64,000 bases of DNA, from assembly GCA_043718025.1 (NCBI GenBank), contig JAYSWN010000172.1:29630-93629 (forward strand), read 5' to 3'. Made by a program: the position numbers and the translations under genes. The notes below the pieces were generated by a model that did not search any database, was not told the DNA's origin, and saw only the letters and a list, made by a program, of their open reading frames with translations. Below are positions 54,000 through 63,966 of the stretch, piece by piece. Position 1 is the first letter of the stretch, and every line of letters starts with the position of its first letter. Source of the stretch: Pseudomonadota bacterium (GTDB taxonomy: Bacteria; Bdellovibrionota; FAC87; UBA2466).

Positions 54000-54363
54000 G
54001 TTTAGGCCGGCCCTAGCCGCTGGCACGCCGCTGCGCATGGGGCACATCGGCGACTCCATCACTAACGCGGCCAATGCTGTTCAGTTTGCCTTTAGCGCCG
54101 CTGATTACATTTCAATATGTTGCAGAAGAAAAATGACAGGGTTGCGAATCCTGTAACGGACGCGGGTACCCAGATAAAACCCGAACTCAATAGACTTCTT
54201 TAAGAAGGTCATGGGCCGCGACAAAGATAAGATGGCAGTTCGTGAATTGTCCCTCATCAAAGCGAAGAGCCTAAAACATGACTGATACCATGCTCATTGC
54301 TCGCTTCGCGTTGTCGCTAAGGTTGCGATTGGTTTCGTGTTTCCTGTGGAAACTTTCTAGGGG

Positions 54364-54849
54364 CTAAGGCAACTTTACCACCGGGGCATTGCTCACCACT
54401 CGACCGCCACCGGTGTAGGCGATCCATTGGTGGGCCGAATCAAAGGTGGCGGTTAAAGTGTCGCCTTTGGGACCTTTTGAATAAATTATAAAATACGGTC
54501 CAAAAGTGGAGTCATCGCCCGTCGCATAGCCATAGGTCTGATTTACCAAATCCGTATTAAAAGGGTCCGGCATCACTTGTGAAATCATCTGCGGGGTGGC
54601 GTTGACCAGGGCAGAGTGAATATTGGGAGGGTAAACATTTGTATTGTTGCGCCAATATGACGTAACGGCGGTCTTAATGGACGATAGCTCTCCGTCCACT
54701 TTGGTGAGCTGGCCCTCGGCAATCATGGCCCGTATATTCGGCAGCACTACGCTTAAAAGGGCGGCGATCATCCCCATGGTCAGCAACAACTCAATGAGGG
54801 TGAAGCCGGCCCGGCCTATCCCTAGCCTTTTTTTGCAGATCTTTCCCAT
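54364..54849 (-). CDS. Type IV pilin / T2SS pseudopilin-like protein
   Basis: Prepilin leader plus GFTLIELLLTMGMIAALLSV N-methylation motif. Start chosen at MGKICKKRLG. Confidence 0.7.
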   Translation of the reverse strand: MGKICKKRLGIGRAGFTLIELLLTMGMIAALLSVVLPNIRAMIAEGQLTKVDGELSSIKTAVTSYWRNNTNVYPPNIHSALVNATPQMISQVMPDPFNTDLVNQTYGYATGDDSTFGPYFIIYSKGPKGDTLTATFDSAHQWIAYTGGGRVVSNAPVVKLP

Positions 54850-54931
54850 AGTGGTGTTCTTGATTCGGCTTCTCCCGGTAAAAACTTTAGTCACTCAAGT
54901 TCGACGCGCGGCAAACCGATAAGAAGGGAAA

Positions 54932-55792
54932 GTGGGCGAAAACATGGCCAAACGAACGAACGCAAAACGAAAAAAAACGGTAGCAAAGTCCAGCCCGCAA
55001 AGGGCCAACACCAGGAATGAGGTGGCTCTTTCGCTTGTGAATACCTCCGATTCGATTGCACGACCAAATACAAAACCGCGTTTCACCGATACCGCGGTCT
55101 CGATGGCCGACGATCCGAATCGGCCCGCCCATTTTCCAGAATTGATTTCATGGCCCGGCTTAGCCCTCGTCTGCTGGGTTTTTACAGCGCTAGTGGGGAC
55201 CCTGGGAATTACGGGACTCTTTGGCGGGCCGAAAGCCTATTCGGGCATGGGCACTGGCTTAGTTCCCATCGCCCATAGTGAAGCCGTGCTGTTTATTATT
55301 TTAGGCTTAAGCCTCGTGCTCTTCGTTTACGGCGTCACTCGAAAATTTGCCAGATCAGCCGTGGTTACCGCTACGCTGCTCTGTTCTGTTTTTTCGATTT
55401 TGAAATTGGTTGAGCACTTTGGTCACGCGTGGTTCGGAATTGAAAACCTCTTCAACCTACGCATAACCTATTTTAAAAACTTTCTTGTCGGAGCCATGTC
55501 GCCGGTTTCTGCAGCGTTGTTCATCGCAATTAGCGTTTCCGTTATTCTATTAGTGATCGTCGAAGATCAACGCAAAACTGCCATTCGGTGGGCCATGCGC
55601 CTAACCAGCGCTTGCGCCATTGCCACCGTGCTTATCGTGCTCAGCTACTGTTTTGGAAATCCACTGTTGTACGCAGGTAAAATAACCCCGGTTTCACTCA
55701 CGGCCGGCATCGCTTTTTTGTTTCTGGAGGCCGGCATCTTCATCGCTATCGGCCCGACTCAATACCCTATCCAGTTCTCAATTAGAAAATAA
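54932..55792 (+). CDS. Hypothetical polytopic membrane protein with basic N-terminal tail
   Basis: 6 to 8 predicted TM helices after a Lys/Arg-rich N-terminus. Confidence 0.45.
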   Translation: MGENMAKRTNAKRKKTVAKSSPQRANTRNEVALSLVNTSDSIARPNTKPRFTDTAVSMADDPNRPAHFPELISWPGLALVCWVFTALVGTLGITGLFGGPKAYSGMGTGLVPIAHSEAVLFIILGLSLVLFVYGVTRKFARSAVVTATLLCSVFSILKLVEHFGHAWFGIENLFNLRITYFKNFLVGAMSPVSAALFIAISVSVILLVIVEDQRKTAIRWAMRLTSACAIATVLIVLSYCFGNPLLYAGKITPVSLTAGIAFLFLEAGIFIAIGPTQYPIQFSIRK

Positions 55793-55807
55793 CAAACCAA
55801 AACGCAT

Positions 55808-56149
55808 TCAGTTTTCAAACTCTTCGAGCGCGGTTTCTAGCTCTTCGTTGCCGACCAGCTGAACGGTGGTCACGCCCTTGAACGGCAAGATTCTAAACCC
55901 ATCGAATACTAGGTGTTCGCCGTTTTCCACCTCACTGTCGTCCTCAATCGCTTCAACTTCGATCGAAGCCAGCGGCAGCAAGGCTTCGCGCGACTCAAAC
56001 ACCACCGCCTCTTCCCGGCTCTGGGTGTAGCCATTAAAACCGGCCACGGCCTCGGGATCGAACGACGAAATGTAACAGGGCTGGCTATCCCCATTGCGAT
56101 AGAGTTCTAAGATAAAGCCTTCAATTTCAGTCTGCGTCTCTTGTTCCAT
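55808..56149 (-). CDS. Hypothetical acidic protein
   Basis: 113 aa, Glu/Asp-rich. No motif recognised. Confidence 0.4.
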   Translation of the reverse strand: MEQETQTEIEGFILELYRNGDSQPCYISSFDPEAVAGFNGYTQSREEAVVFESREALLPLASIEVEAIEDDSEVENGEHLVFDGFRILPFKGVTTVQLVGNEELETALEEFEN

Positions 56150-56290
56150 AGGGGCTGGATCTAAACCATTTCCCGTTTTAAGTGAAGCGTCCGTTCAAAC
56201 TCCCCCACGAATACCGGCCTAGTCGCCTGATTATTAAGCCAAAACCCGAATCCCCCCCAACTTGGGGCCCAGACGTGCTAATTTCGCCGC

Positions 56291-56683
56291 ATGAACTTTG
56301 ACTCCGAATCCGAAGCTGAAATCGTCTTTGATTCCACCCGAAACGAATTTACGGGCTCATTGCGCGAATCCATCGCCCCGCCGGAGCCAACTGAGCCACT
56401 TTGCCTCATTAGCTACGAAGTGACGTTTATTTTGCTGGGAGATGGCCCCCATTGCCGCCCCAGCTTCTGGAAAAGCTACCGCCGAGAATTGGCACTCAAT
56501 CAAAAGACCAATTACAACAACTACCACGTCAGCGTTTGCCGCCACCAATTGGTCTCATTACGCATGCGCCTAGATCAACCCGTGTACTTTAAAAACAATC
56601 GCATCACCACCGAGAATCAGCTCGACCCCTACACTATTAAGGCGCTTAACGACCCGCATTTCGCCCATCAGACGGCCCTTTAA
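56291..56683 (+). CDS. Hypothetical protein
   Basis: 130 aa ORF divergent from 55808..56149. Confidence 0.4.
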   Translation: MNFDSESEAEIVFDSTRNEFTGSLRESIAPPEPTEPLCLISYEVTFILLGDGPHCRPSFWKSYRRELALNQKTNYNNYHVSVCRHQLVSLRMRLDQPVYFKNNRITTENQLDPYTIKALNDPHFAHQTAL

Positions 56684-56712
56684 GACCAAACCCTAAAGCA
56701 AAGCCATCGCGC

Positions 56713-57726
56713 TTACACCTCGCAGACCGCAATTTTTAGGGGCGGGCGGCCATCGAACGACGGAAAGTCAGCCTCCGGCTCTATGATTTGCAGATCACGA
56801 ATCGGCCGACCCGCCTTTTCGGCGCAACGCCTTAGCGTATTAATCCAGCTCTCAAGATCCACCACGGCCGCGTGGTTGGTGGCCAAAATCCGTCCGCCAT
56901 TAGGGCGAGTAGCCAGCAAGGCTGGTTTAAACAAACTGGCGTAGTCACCCACAACATCGACTGCGCCGAAGGCACTTTTTGACCAAGCCGGCGGATCAAG
57001 AAAGACGAGATCAAACTCACGAGGCTCAAACTTGGTCACCCGGTTTCCCCGCCCCCCGCGCCCACCGATCGGTAAACCGGCGATCTGGCGCACGAAGGGC
57101 AAACAATCTTCGTTGATGGTGCGGACTTGACGGTCGGTAAGCTGATTAAGAAGCGCGTTGCGCCGGCCCACTTCAAGACTCGAAGCCGCAAAATCCACAT
57201 TCCACACTTCGCTGGCGCCCACCACCGCCGCGCAAATACCGGCGCTGCACGTATAGGAAAACAAATTGAGCATGGACAAGCCCTTACCAACCTGACGAAG
57301 AAACCGACGCCCGGCGCGTAAGTCGAGAAACAGCCAAGGGTCAAGGCCGCGGTGCCGCGAGCTAATCAGGTAGCGAACGCCAAACTCTTTGCACTCGGTT
57401 TCAGCCAACGCTTCGGCAATGGGTTTGTGCCATTCGTCAAACGCTTGGGCCGCGTTTTTATTGCGGTGGTTGTAGGCCAACGTAAAGTCATCAGGCACTA
57501 TTTTGTGTAGGGCTTCTTCAACCTGACTCAGCTCGACGCTGGTGAGCGGATCGCGAAACGTTTGCACGAGAATCAAGGTGCCGTAGCGGTCAACGGTAAG
57601 CCCGGCGACGCCTTCGGTTATGCCGTGAAAAAGGCGGTAACAATCAGTGTCCTCGGCACGTAAGGCAGCTATTAGGGGCTCCCGCCGCCCGATCGCCGCT
57701 TCGAAATGGGATGAGAATGAATTCAT
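56713..57726 (-). CDS. Class I SAM-dependent RNA methyltransferase, RlmI/RlmK-like
   Basis: FSYTCSAGICAAVVGASEV and LDPPAWSK motifs. Start chosen at ATG 57726. The ORF track extends to 58011 and would overlap the SDR gene. Confidence 0.65.
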   Translation of the reverse strand: MNSFSSHFEAAIGRREPLIAALRAEDTDCYRLFHGITEGVAGLTVDRYGTLILVQTFRDPLTSVELSQVEEALHKIVPDDFTLAYNHRNKNAAQAFDEWHKPIAEALAETECKEFGVRYLISSRHRGLDPWLFLDLRAGRRFLRQVGKGLSMLNLFSYTCSAGICAAVVGASEVWNVDFAASSLEVGRRNALLNQLTDRQVRTINEDCLPFVRQIAGLPIGGRGGRGNRVTKFEPREFDLVFLDPPAWSKSAFGAVDVVGDYASLFKPALLATRPNGGRILATNHAAVVDLESWINTLRRCAEKAGRPIRDLQIIEPEADFPSFDGRPPLKIAVCEV

Positions 57727-57828
57727 GGCCACTAAAGACAATAAATTCGTTACCGGCGTCCAGAGAATTCGTATGAAAGGCAATGACACGTTTTCACAGA
57801 CTGGCCTAAAGTCAGCATGGGAGGCCCT

Positions 57829-58575
57829 ATGAAACTTGGCGGAAACACGATTCTTATCACCGGCGGCGGCAGCGGCATTGGGTTGGCTTTGGCAAAACGA
57901 TTCTTGGCGGCAGAGAGTGAAGTCATTTTGTGCGGGCGGCGCCAACAGACACTCGAGACCGCTAAGCGTGAGTGCCCTAAGTTTCACACTTTCGTTTGCG
58001 ACGTTAGCCAAGCCTCAGAGCGCGTGCGTCTCGCCCAAAGACTGACCAGCGACTTCCCCCGATTAAATGTGATTATCAACAATGCCGGCGTGCAGAACCG
58101 CCCCCCCTCGGTGCTGCAATCGCAAGAATGGAGCGATACCGAAAGGGAGATTGCCACCAATCTTTCGGCGCCCATCCACCTGGCCATGCTGTTCGCCCCC
58201 CACCTGGCGAAGCAGAAGGCGGCGGCCATCATTAACGTGACGTCGGGGTTGTCTTTTAGCCCGCTTGCTTTCATGCCGGTCTACTGCGCAACCAAAGCGG
58301 CGCTTCACTCTTTCACGCTGAGCCTGCGCCACCAACTGGTGAACACTTCGGTAAGCGTAATCGAAGTGGTGCCACCGGCCGTGCAGACCGACCTGGGAGG
58401 TAAAGGGCTACATGACTTTGGGGTGCCGCTTGAGGCCTTTGCCGATCACGCCGTGAAGGGGATTGCCAGCGGCGAGTTGGAGTTTGGCTATCAGCTTTCG
58501 GAAAAGGCGCGCCTAGCCTCACGCCAAGAGCTCGACGCCATATTCAAGGGCATGAATGCGGCCAATCAGCCGTAG
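57829..58575 (+). CDS. Short-chain dehydrogenase/reductase (SDR)
   Basis: TGGGSGIG Rossmann motif, NNAG, YxxxK (YCATKAA). GGGAGG RBS. Confidence 0.8.
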   Translation: MKLGGNTILITGGGSGIGLALAKRFLAAESEVILCGRRQQTLETAKRECPKFHTFVCDVSQASERVRLAQRLTSDFPRLNVIINNAGVQNRPPSVLQSQEWSDTEREIATNLSAPIHLAMLFAPHLAKQKAAAIINVTSGLSFSPLAFMPVYCATKAALHSFTLSLRHQLVNTSVSVIEVVPPAVQTDLGGKGLHDFGVPLEAFADHAVKGIASGELEFGYQLSEKARLASRQELDAIFKGMNAANQP

Positions 58576-58640
58576 TAATCATTAGTCTGCCGCCGACGCT
58601 AAAGTACGGCTAACTCTCAACGATCTGTTAGGATCAGTCT

Positions 58641-59519
58641 ATGACCTCCATCCACCACAGTTTCCATTTCGCGGTGCAACCCGCGGCCATTCGCTCGGCG
58701 CTTACCGAAGAAGCTCACCTGCGCAAGTGGTGGACCAAACACGCCTCGGTACAAAATGGCAAAGGCGTCTTTCGTTGGCCGGAGAATGATTGGTCAGTAG
58801 AGTTCACGATTGAACCGCCGGATGGCGGTCGAGAAGTCGTTTGGAGCTGCACCAAATCAAATATGCAGAACACTCACGCCTGGGAAGGTAGCCAGATTTC
58901 ATTTCGCCTAACCTCCGACGCCACCGGCACCAAGGTGGAATTCACGCAGTCTGAGTATCAAGATTCTGCCTGCCTCGAGGCCTGCGCCAACGACTGGAAC
59001 TATTTTCTGGGGACAAGCCTCAAAAATTATCTTGAGTCGGGTAAAGGCACTCCGTATCCGGAGGCGCACGACACCACTAAGCCAAGCTCAAGCCGTGAAG
59101 TGGTCACCACCCGAGTTTTTAATGTGTCACGCGAAGTTCTTTTCACCGCGTGGAGTGACCCCACCCATCTCATTGAATGGTGGGGGCCTAAAGGGTGCAC
59201 CAGCACTTTTCAGGAGTTTGATTTTAGGGCTCGGGGGTTGTGGCATTTCACGATTCAAACACCGAACGGCATCAACGTTGAAAACAAGTGCGTGTTCGTA
59301 GAAATTGCGCGACCCGAACGAATTGTATTTGAACATTTACAACCCGCCCCCAAATTTCAGGCCACTTGGACCCTTGAGCTGCACGGCAGTAAGACCAAAC
59401 TCACGTTTCGCATGAGATTTGAAACGCAGGAAGAGTGCGACAAAGTGAAAGTTTTGGTTAGTGACGCCAATGAGCAGATCTTCGATCGTTTAGAGGCTGA
59501 AGTGGTCAAGATGATGTAA
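58641..59519 (+). CDS. SRPBCC superfamily protein (tandem AHSA1/polyketide-cyclase-like domains)
   Basis: Two repeats with a W..K..W / TDPE..WW-like pattern typical of Aha1-like domains. Confidence 0.55.
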   Translation: MTSIHHSFHFAVQPAAIRSALTEEAHLRKWWTKHASVQNGKGVFRWPENDWSVEFTIEPPDGGREVVWSCTKSNMQNTHAWEGSQISFRLTSDATGTKVEFTQSEYQDSACLEACANDWNYFLGTSLKNYLESGKGTPYPEAHDTTKPSSSREVVTTRVFNVSREVLFTAWSDPTHLIEWWGPKGCTSTFQEFDFRARGLWHFTIQTPNGINVENKCVFVEIARPERIVFEHLQPAPKFQATWTLELHGSKTKLTFRMRFETQEECDKVKVLVSDANEQIFDRLEAEVVKMM

Positions 59520-59538
59520 TGAGCCGGCGGCTCATTTA

Positions 59539-60414
59539 TTACTGGCGCCAAGTTGCAATGCGACCCGCCAGATCAGGATCGGCAATCTCTTCACAAATCT
59601 GTTCGACCGCCTGCCTACCTGCGCCCCGCCACTCGATATCGCGCAATGACTCTTCAAGCGGTACATCAAAACGTAACCTTGCGAGTTGCTTATAAAGCGC
59701 CGCCTCTTTACGGCCCGCATTGAGACTATCGGCCAATGCTTCGGCCCCGCGAACGGCAACTTTCCAGTCGGCGGCTCGCTTCGGGATTTTTTCAATCGAG
59801 CCATAGGCGGCGAGAATGGTCGAGGCCGATTTCATTCCCCAACGCGTAATCCCCGGAATGCCGTCGGCTGAGTCACCCACCAAGGCCAGTAAATCGGCAA
59901 TGGCCGACGGCGGCACACCAAATTTTTTTATCACCCCCGCCTCGTCCAAAATAATTTTCTTCGAACGATCGTAGGCAACGATGGCTTTACCACTCACGCA
60001 TTGCGCCAAATCCTTATCGGGCGAACAGATAAGCACTTGCTCAACCTTTTTTAATGCCGAAAAGCGGGCGGCCCCGGTCGCCAGCGCATCGTCGGCTTCA
60101 AACTCCACCATCGACCACACCACGATGCCCAGTGCCGCCACGGCACGTTCTATCAGCTCAAATTGGCCGTAAAGCTCAGGGTCGATCCCGGCGCCGGTTT
60201 TGTAGCCACTAAAAAGTTTATTACGAAACGATTCAATCACGTGATCGAAAGCGCAGGCGACGTGAGTGACTTCACCGGTGCCGAGCCACGCGGCAAAACT
60301 TCGCACCATTGCTCGGGTGGCCCCCACTTCCCTGCCCGCCGCATTTTTTTTTGAGGGCGCGCCGAAATAGCAACGAAACAGTTCGTATGTACCGTCGATA
60401 AGATGAACTTGCAT
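59539..60414 (-). CDS. 5'-3' exonuclease / flap endonuclease (Xni/ExoIX-like)
   Basis: MQVHLIDGTYELFRCYF N-terminus, acidic metal-binding residues, H3TH-like region. Confidence 0.8.
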   Translation of the reverse strand: MQVHLIDGTYELFRCYFGAPSKKNAAGREVGATRAMVRSFAAWLGTGEVTHVACAFDHVIESFRNKLFSGYKTGAGIDPELYGQFELIERAVAALGIVVWSMVEFEADDALATGAARFSALKKVEQVLICSPDKDLAQCVSGKAIVAYDRSKKIILDEAGVIKKFGVPPSAIADLLALVGDSADGIPGITRWGMKSASTILAAYGSIEKIPKRAADWKVAVRGAEALADSLNAGRKEAALYKQLARLRFDVPLEESLRDIEWRGAGRQAVEQICEEIADPDLAGRIATWRQ

Positions 60415-60415
60415 A

Positions 60416-60685
60416 CTAGGTTTGGCTCTTTTTTTCAGCCAGGTAATTGAGATAGAGATCTTCCACTTTTTTTCTGGCCCAAGGGGTTCGGCGTAAAAAT
60501 TTTAAGCTAGAGCTGATGCTGGGGTCACTGTGGAAACAATTGATCTTCACCGCTTCACCCATGGTCTTCCAACCGAGTTGATCAACGAGTATTTTTAAAA
60601 TGGCTTCTAACGTCATTCCATCAAGCGGGTCTTTGGCGGTCTTTGGGCTCATAGTGATCTGGTGAGTTAGCTTTAGACCAATCAC
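60416..60685 (-). CDS. DUF2132 (VF530-like) family protein
   Basis: GMTLEAILKILVDQLGWKTMGEAVKINCFHSDPSISSSLKFLRRTPWARKKVEDLYL matches the conserved core of this family. Confidence 0.6.
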   Translation of the reverse strand: MIGLKLTHQITMSPKTAKDPLDGMTLEAILKILVDQLGWKTMGEAVKINCFHSDPSISSSLKFLRRTPWARKKVEDLYLNYLAEKKSQT

Positions 60686-60811
60686 CCCCTAAACTAAACC
60701 ACTAAAAAGGGGCTACGAAGAGCGGTAAGCAAATTTACAATCGGCAAACGCACGTACTGTGCTGACGCATTTCGGCGTGATTTTTTTTGAAGCGAACGGT
60801 ACCAAAAGGGC

Positions 60812-61126
60812 ATGAAAAAATTAATCTTCTCGCTCGTGACCCTCATTTTGGTTAACGCATCGGCGGCGCAAGCCAACGATAATTCGTCGCACGTTTGGAC
60901 AGAACAGGAGGTCGCAAATCTATATCAGACGAATAAGAGCTCAATCGACCAGGACGACGCCAACAACGCGCTTGATTGGGGCTACGTTTTCTACTGCCAA
61001 TCGCAGTCGTATGTGACCGGCGCGTGGTACTACTGGTACTCGTATAACCTCGGCGTCGCTCGCTACAACGCGCTAGCGCTTTGCGTACAAAACAATGGCT
61101 ACACTTGCACCGTGGGCTGTCGGTAA
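60812..61126 (+). CDS. Small secreted Cys-containing protein (DUF4189-like)
   Basis: Signal peptide. 4 Cys. WGY..C..C..GC arrangement. Confidence 0.45.
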   Translation: MKKLIFSLVTLILVNASAAQANDNSSHVWTEQEVANLYQTNKSSIDQDDANNALDWGYVFYCQSQSYVTGAWYYWYSYNLGVARYNALALCVQNNGYTCTVGCR

Positions 61127-61218
61127 ACGGCGGTAGCTACCTCGAAACTCATTAGTCGCCTCCCCTGCCGGCGAAAAGATTTGTTAGGCGGGGGACGGCG
61201 AAGGCTAAACCTTAGCGT

Positions 61219-61836
61219 TCAATAGTATTGCGCGCGGCCCACGGTCATATAGCCAAATGGTTTGGGAATTGCTTCGACGTAAAAACGCCGGCATTCGGTA
61301 ACATCCCAGCAAGCATCGGCCAAAAATCCCAACACATTTCTATTTAAATGGCAGCCTCCGCCAAAGCGCTTTTGCAGCGGCGTTAGCCGGTGTTGCCATT
61401 TTTGTACCGCGGCATCGGGAGCCAAGCCATGCTCTAAAAACAGAAACTCGCCGCCGGGTTTTAAAATTCTTCGGGCCTCCTGTAACACGCCCATGGTGCT
61501 GGCCACACTGCAAAGCGTAAAGGAGCAGACCACAAAATCGACGGAATGCTTTGCTAGCGGCACGCGATCGGCCGAAAGAAGGTGGTGCTCAAACTCAGGT
61601 TTAAAGCCGCTAAGCCGCGCTTTGGCCCGAGTCAACAGTTCTGGGGAGGGGTCCACGGCAATCAGCTTTTCAACGGTTGGGGGATAAAATGGCAGGTTCG
61701 TGCCGCTACCAAATCCAAACTCGGCAACGGTACCGCGGGCTGGAGCCAATTGCGTTAAGCGCAATGGTGCCAGTTTTTTATCATCCATCGCCCAATCAAT
61801 CAGGCGAGGCAAAACGAAGGCCGAGTAAAAAGACAT
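61219..61836 (-). CDS. Class I SAM-dependent methyltransferase
   Basis: VAEFGFGSGTN motif I and LKPGGEFLFLEH post-I region. Confidence 0.75.
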   Translation of the reverse strand: MSFYSAFVLPRLIDWAMDDKKLAPLRLTQLAPARGTVAEFGFGSGTNLPFYPPTVEKLIAVDPSPELLTRAKARLSGFKPEFEHHLLSADRVPLAKHSVDFVVCSFTLCSVASTMGVLQEARRILKPGGEFLFLEHGLAPDAAVQKWQHRLTPLQKRFGGGCHLNRNVLGFLADACWDVTECRRFYVEAIPKPFGYMTVGRAQYY

Positions 61837-61904
61837 AGGGAGAATCTACTATTTCAAACTGGTTCAAAAACGTACCCGAGGCGCATCGGTATTAAGGCAA
61901 TGGG

Positions 61905-62447
61905 TTAGCTCCAGCCCTCTTCCCCCTTAAGCATTCCCACCGCTTCGTCTGGAGTCATGGCGAGCACGCCGAAGGCCGAACGAAGCGATTCTCTTCGCCC
62001 TCCCGCAATAAAAATCTCTTTGTTGCTGGTAACAAAAATTTTATTGCCACTCACCTGATGCACGACGAGATGGCTCACGTCGTTGATCTCCAATCGATTT
62101 AAACGGTGGGTATCGCGAAAGGGAAAGAGGATGGCGGCCATTTGTTCAAACCGGGCCTTGGCCGAGGGCGAGCTCTTAGTAGTTTTGTGAAACTTACCCC
62201 TACCGAATCGATTGGCCACCGGCTCAACCACTACCGGCGCTTCGCGAATCGGATTTTTAGGTTCGGCTTCAACCAGCTCGAGTTTCCCTTCGGACGCCCA
62301 GCGCTTTAATACTTCCATGGCGGCAATGGCTGGAGTTTGGTTTAACAAATTTCTATCGATAGTAAATTTATAGCTCATGGAATTTCCTAAGGTCTCGTTG
62401 ATTCGTCCCTCTTTTGACCGGACGTCAGCCGTTTTAGAAGTTGTCAT
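61905..62447 (-). CDS. Hypothetical protein
   Basis: 180 aa. ATGA overlap with the upstream DUF465-like ORF. Confidence 0.4.
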   Translation of the reverse strand: MTTSKTADVRSKEGRINETLGNSMSYKFTIDRNLLNQTPAIAAMEVLKRWASEGKLELVEAEPKNPIREAPVVVEPVANRFGRGKFHKTTKSSPSAKARFEQMAAILFPFRDTHRLNRLEINDVSHLVVHQVSGNKIFVTSNKEIFIAGGRRESLRSAFGVLAMTPDEAVGMLKGEEGWS

Positions 62448-62632
62448 TTCGGATGCCTCCGCCGGGACGCATAGGCCTCCAGCTTTTGGTTGTGAGCACT
62501 GATCTCATTCTGAATAGCCTGTATCACCGAAATGGGAGCCGATCGGCGCGTAGCCTCCTGCAGCTTACTCTGAAGTTGAACTCGCTTATCTAGATCATCT
62601 ATCTCGTCTTGGGTGGTCTTGTCATTTGTCAT
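62444..62632 (-). CDS. Small DUF465/YdcH-like protein
   Basis: MTNDKTTQDEIDDLDKRVQLQSKLQEATRR..IQNEISAHNQKLEAY coiled-coil. The ORF track extends to 62860 but would overlap the divergent RRM gene. TATAAT-like element immediately upstream of ATG 62632. Confidence 0.4.
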   Translation of the reverse strand: MTNDKTTQDEIDDLDKRVQLQSKLQEATRRSAPISVIQAIQNEISAHNQKLEAYASRRRHPK

Positions 62633-62781
62633 GCCAGAATTATAACACCGACACGAATTACATGGTGAACCCTTACTATCTGTGTCAGTATGCCCCCGAG
62701 TATTTACGCTGATTTTACGCAGTGCGCGTGATTTAGTTTGCCCCTTTTTAGGGCTCCCGTGGCGCACCAACGAAAGCAGGA

Positions 62782-63090
62782 TTGATTTTGAAAAGCCGTC
62801 TCTTTGTAGACCACCTACCTTCGAACGCCACCGTTGAGTCCCTGACGCAGCACTTCTCAAGCGCTGGAAAAGTAAGCCGAGTCACCTTGGTTCTGAATAA
62901 AGTCTCTGGAAAGCCAGAGAGCCACTGTTTTATTCAGATGGGCAGCGAAGCCGATGCCAGTAAGGCAATCCAGCAGTTCAATAAGACACTCTTCGAAAAG
63001 AGCACGCTAACCGTGACCCACGCCGGTCCGATTAATCAGCGTGATGGCTTTAGCGGAGTGGGAACCACCGAAGAGCGAAAAAATCGCTAA
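62782..63090 (+). CDS. RRM-type RNA-binding protein
   Basis: RLFVDHLPSNATVESLTQHFSSAG (RNP-2-like) and HCFIQMGSEADASKAI (RNP-1-like). TTG start, exact codon uncertain. Confidence 0.55.
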   Translation: MILKSRLFVDHLPSNATVESLTQHFSSAGKVSRVTLVLNKVSGKPESHCFIQMGSEADASKAIQQFNKTLFEKSTLTVTHAGPINQRDGFSGVGTTEERKNR

Positions 63091-63107
63091 GAAAAGAGTA
63101 AACCCTA

Positions 63108-63335
63108 GTGAGTAGAGAAGATTTATTAAAAGTAGACGGGGTGGTAACGCAGTCCGTTTCTTCAGGCCAATTTAGCGTAAAGCTTGCCGATGGTCGCGAA
63201 GTGCTCGCGAAGTTGTCGGGCCGCATTCGCCGCTTTCACATTAAAGTGCTGGTGGGCGACAAGGTCACGCTGGGCATCTCCCCTTACGACTTAACTCACG
63301 GAATCATTCTGACCCGCGAACGGCTCAATCGTTAG
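63108..63335 (+). CDS. infA: Translation initiation factor IF-1
   Basis: S1-like DGVVTQS..F.V.L.DGREVLAKLSGRIRRFHIKVLVGDKVT..SPYDLTHGII. GTG start. Confidence 0.85.
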   Translation: MSREDLLKVDGVVTQSVSSGQFSVKLADGREVLAKLSGRIRRFHIKVLVGDKVTLGISPYDLTHGIILTRERLNR

Positions 63336-63344
63336 TCTTTAAAA

Positions 63345-63388
63345 AACGGGCGCTACCTCCTAAAGAGGTCGTGCGCCCGTTTCTGTTT
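63345..63388. terminator. Nested hairpin terminator between the convergent infA and downstream gene
   Basis: AACGGGCGC..(ACCTC-ctaaa-GAGGT)..GCGCCCGTT followed by TCTGTTT. Confidence 0.5.
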
Positions 63389-63408
63389 AACTCTCCTTAA
63401 AATCAGGT

Positions 63409-63966
63409 TTAGGGCATCATAGCGGTGGTGGGCGTGGCTTTTTCCCAGCGGTTAAAGCGGAGACTAAATCTCCCATCCGGCGGAATGACCAGAGGGATCG
63501 GTGCTTTGTGGTTTTCGGCCATCATTTGATGGAACTCTTCGCGCGTATAAAATCTGCCACCAAAGTCTCTCGCCGCCTGGTTAACCGTTACGGAATCTAT
63601 CCATTTCACGCCAAGCCCTTCCAAAAAATCTAGTTCGGCGAAAAAAGCCAGCCTGCCGGCGCCATCGTAAAACATGTCATTCTTTTTGTCGGGCGCATGA
63701 CTGCGATCCATGAATAGAGAAATTCCGGTATAAACGCCGTCGACGACAATGCCGATGGCTCCGGCCACCAGTTTGCCCCCACGACCATTTAATGCAATTT
63801 CATGCGGATGGTGCTCGGTGGTGTAAACCCCCAGACTGTAACCCGCCCCCCGTCTTACCATGTCTCCAAGCGCGCTCTGCACTTCGAGAGAAAGCCAGGT
63901 GGCGGTGGTAAGTACCGTATGGTTATTGAGATCGCGAATTTTTTCTTTGGTGGTGGTGTTCTGCAA
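63409..63966 (-). CDS. Hypothetical protein
   Basis: 185 aa ORF. No motif recognised. Confidence 0.4.
   Translation of the reverse strand: MQNTTTKEKIRDLNNHTVLTTATWLSLEVQSALGDMVRRGAGYSLGVYTTEHHPHEIALNGRGGKLVAGAIGIVVDGVYTGISLFMDRSHAPDKKNDMFYDGAGRLAFFAELDFLEGLGVKWIDSVTVNQAARDFGGRFYTREEFHQMMAENHKAPIPLVIPPDGRFSLRFNRWEKATPTTAMMP

Noticed and set aside
54019-54033. Second TGGCAC motif (TGGCACgccgctGC) in the convergent intergenic region after the PS-DH-like gene
   Set aside because: The GG-to-GC spacing is off by one and no gene lies downstream in that orientation.
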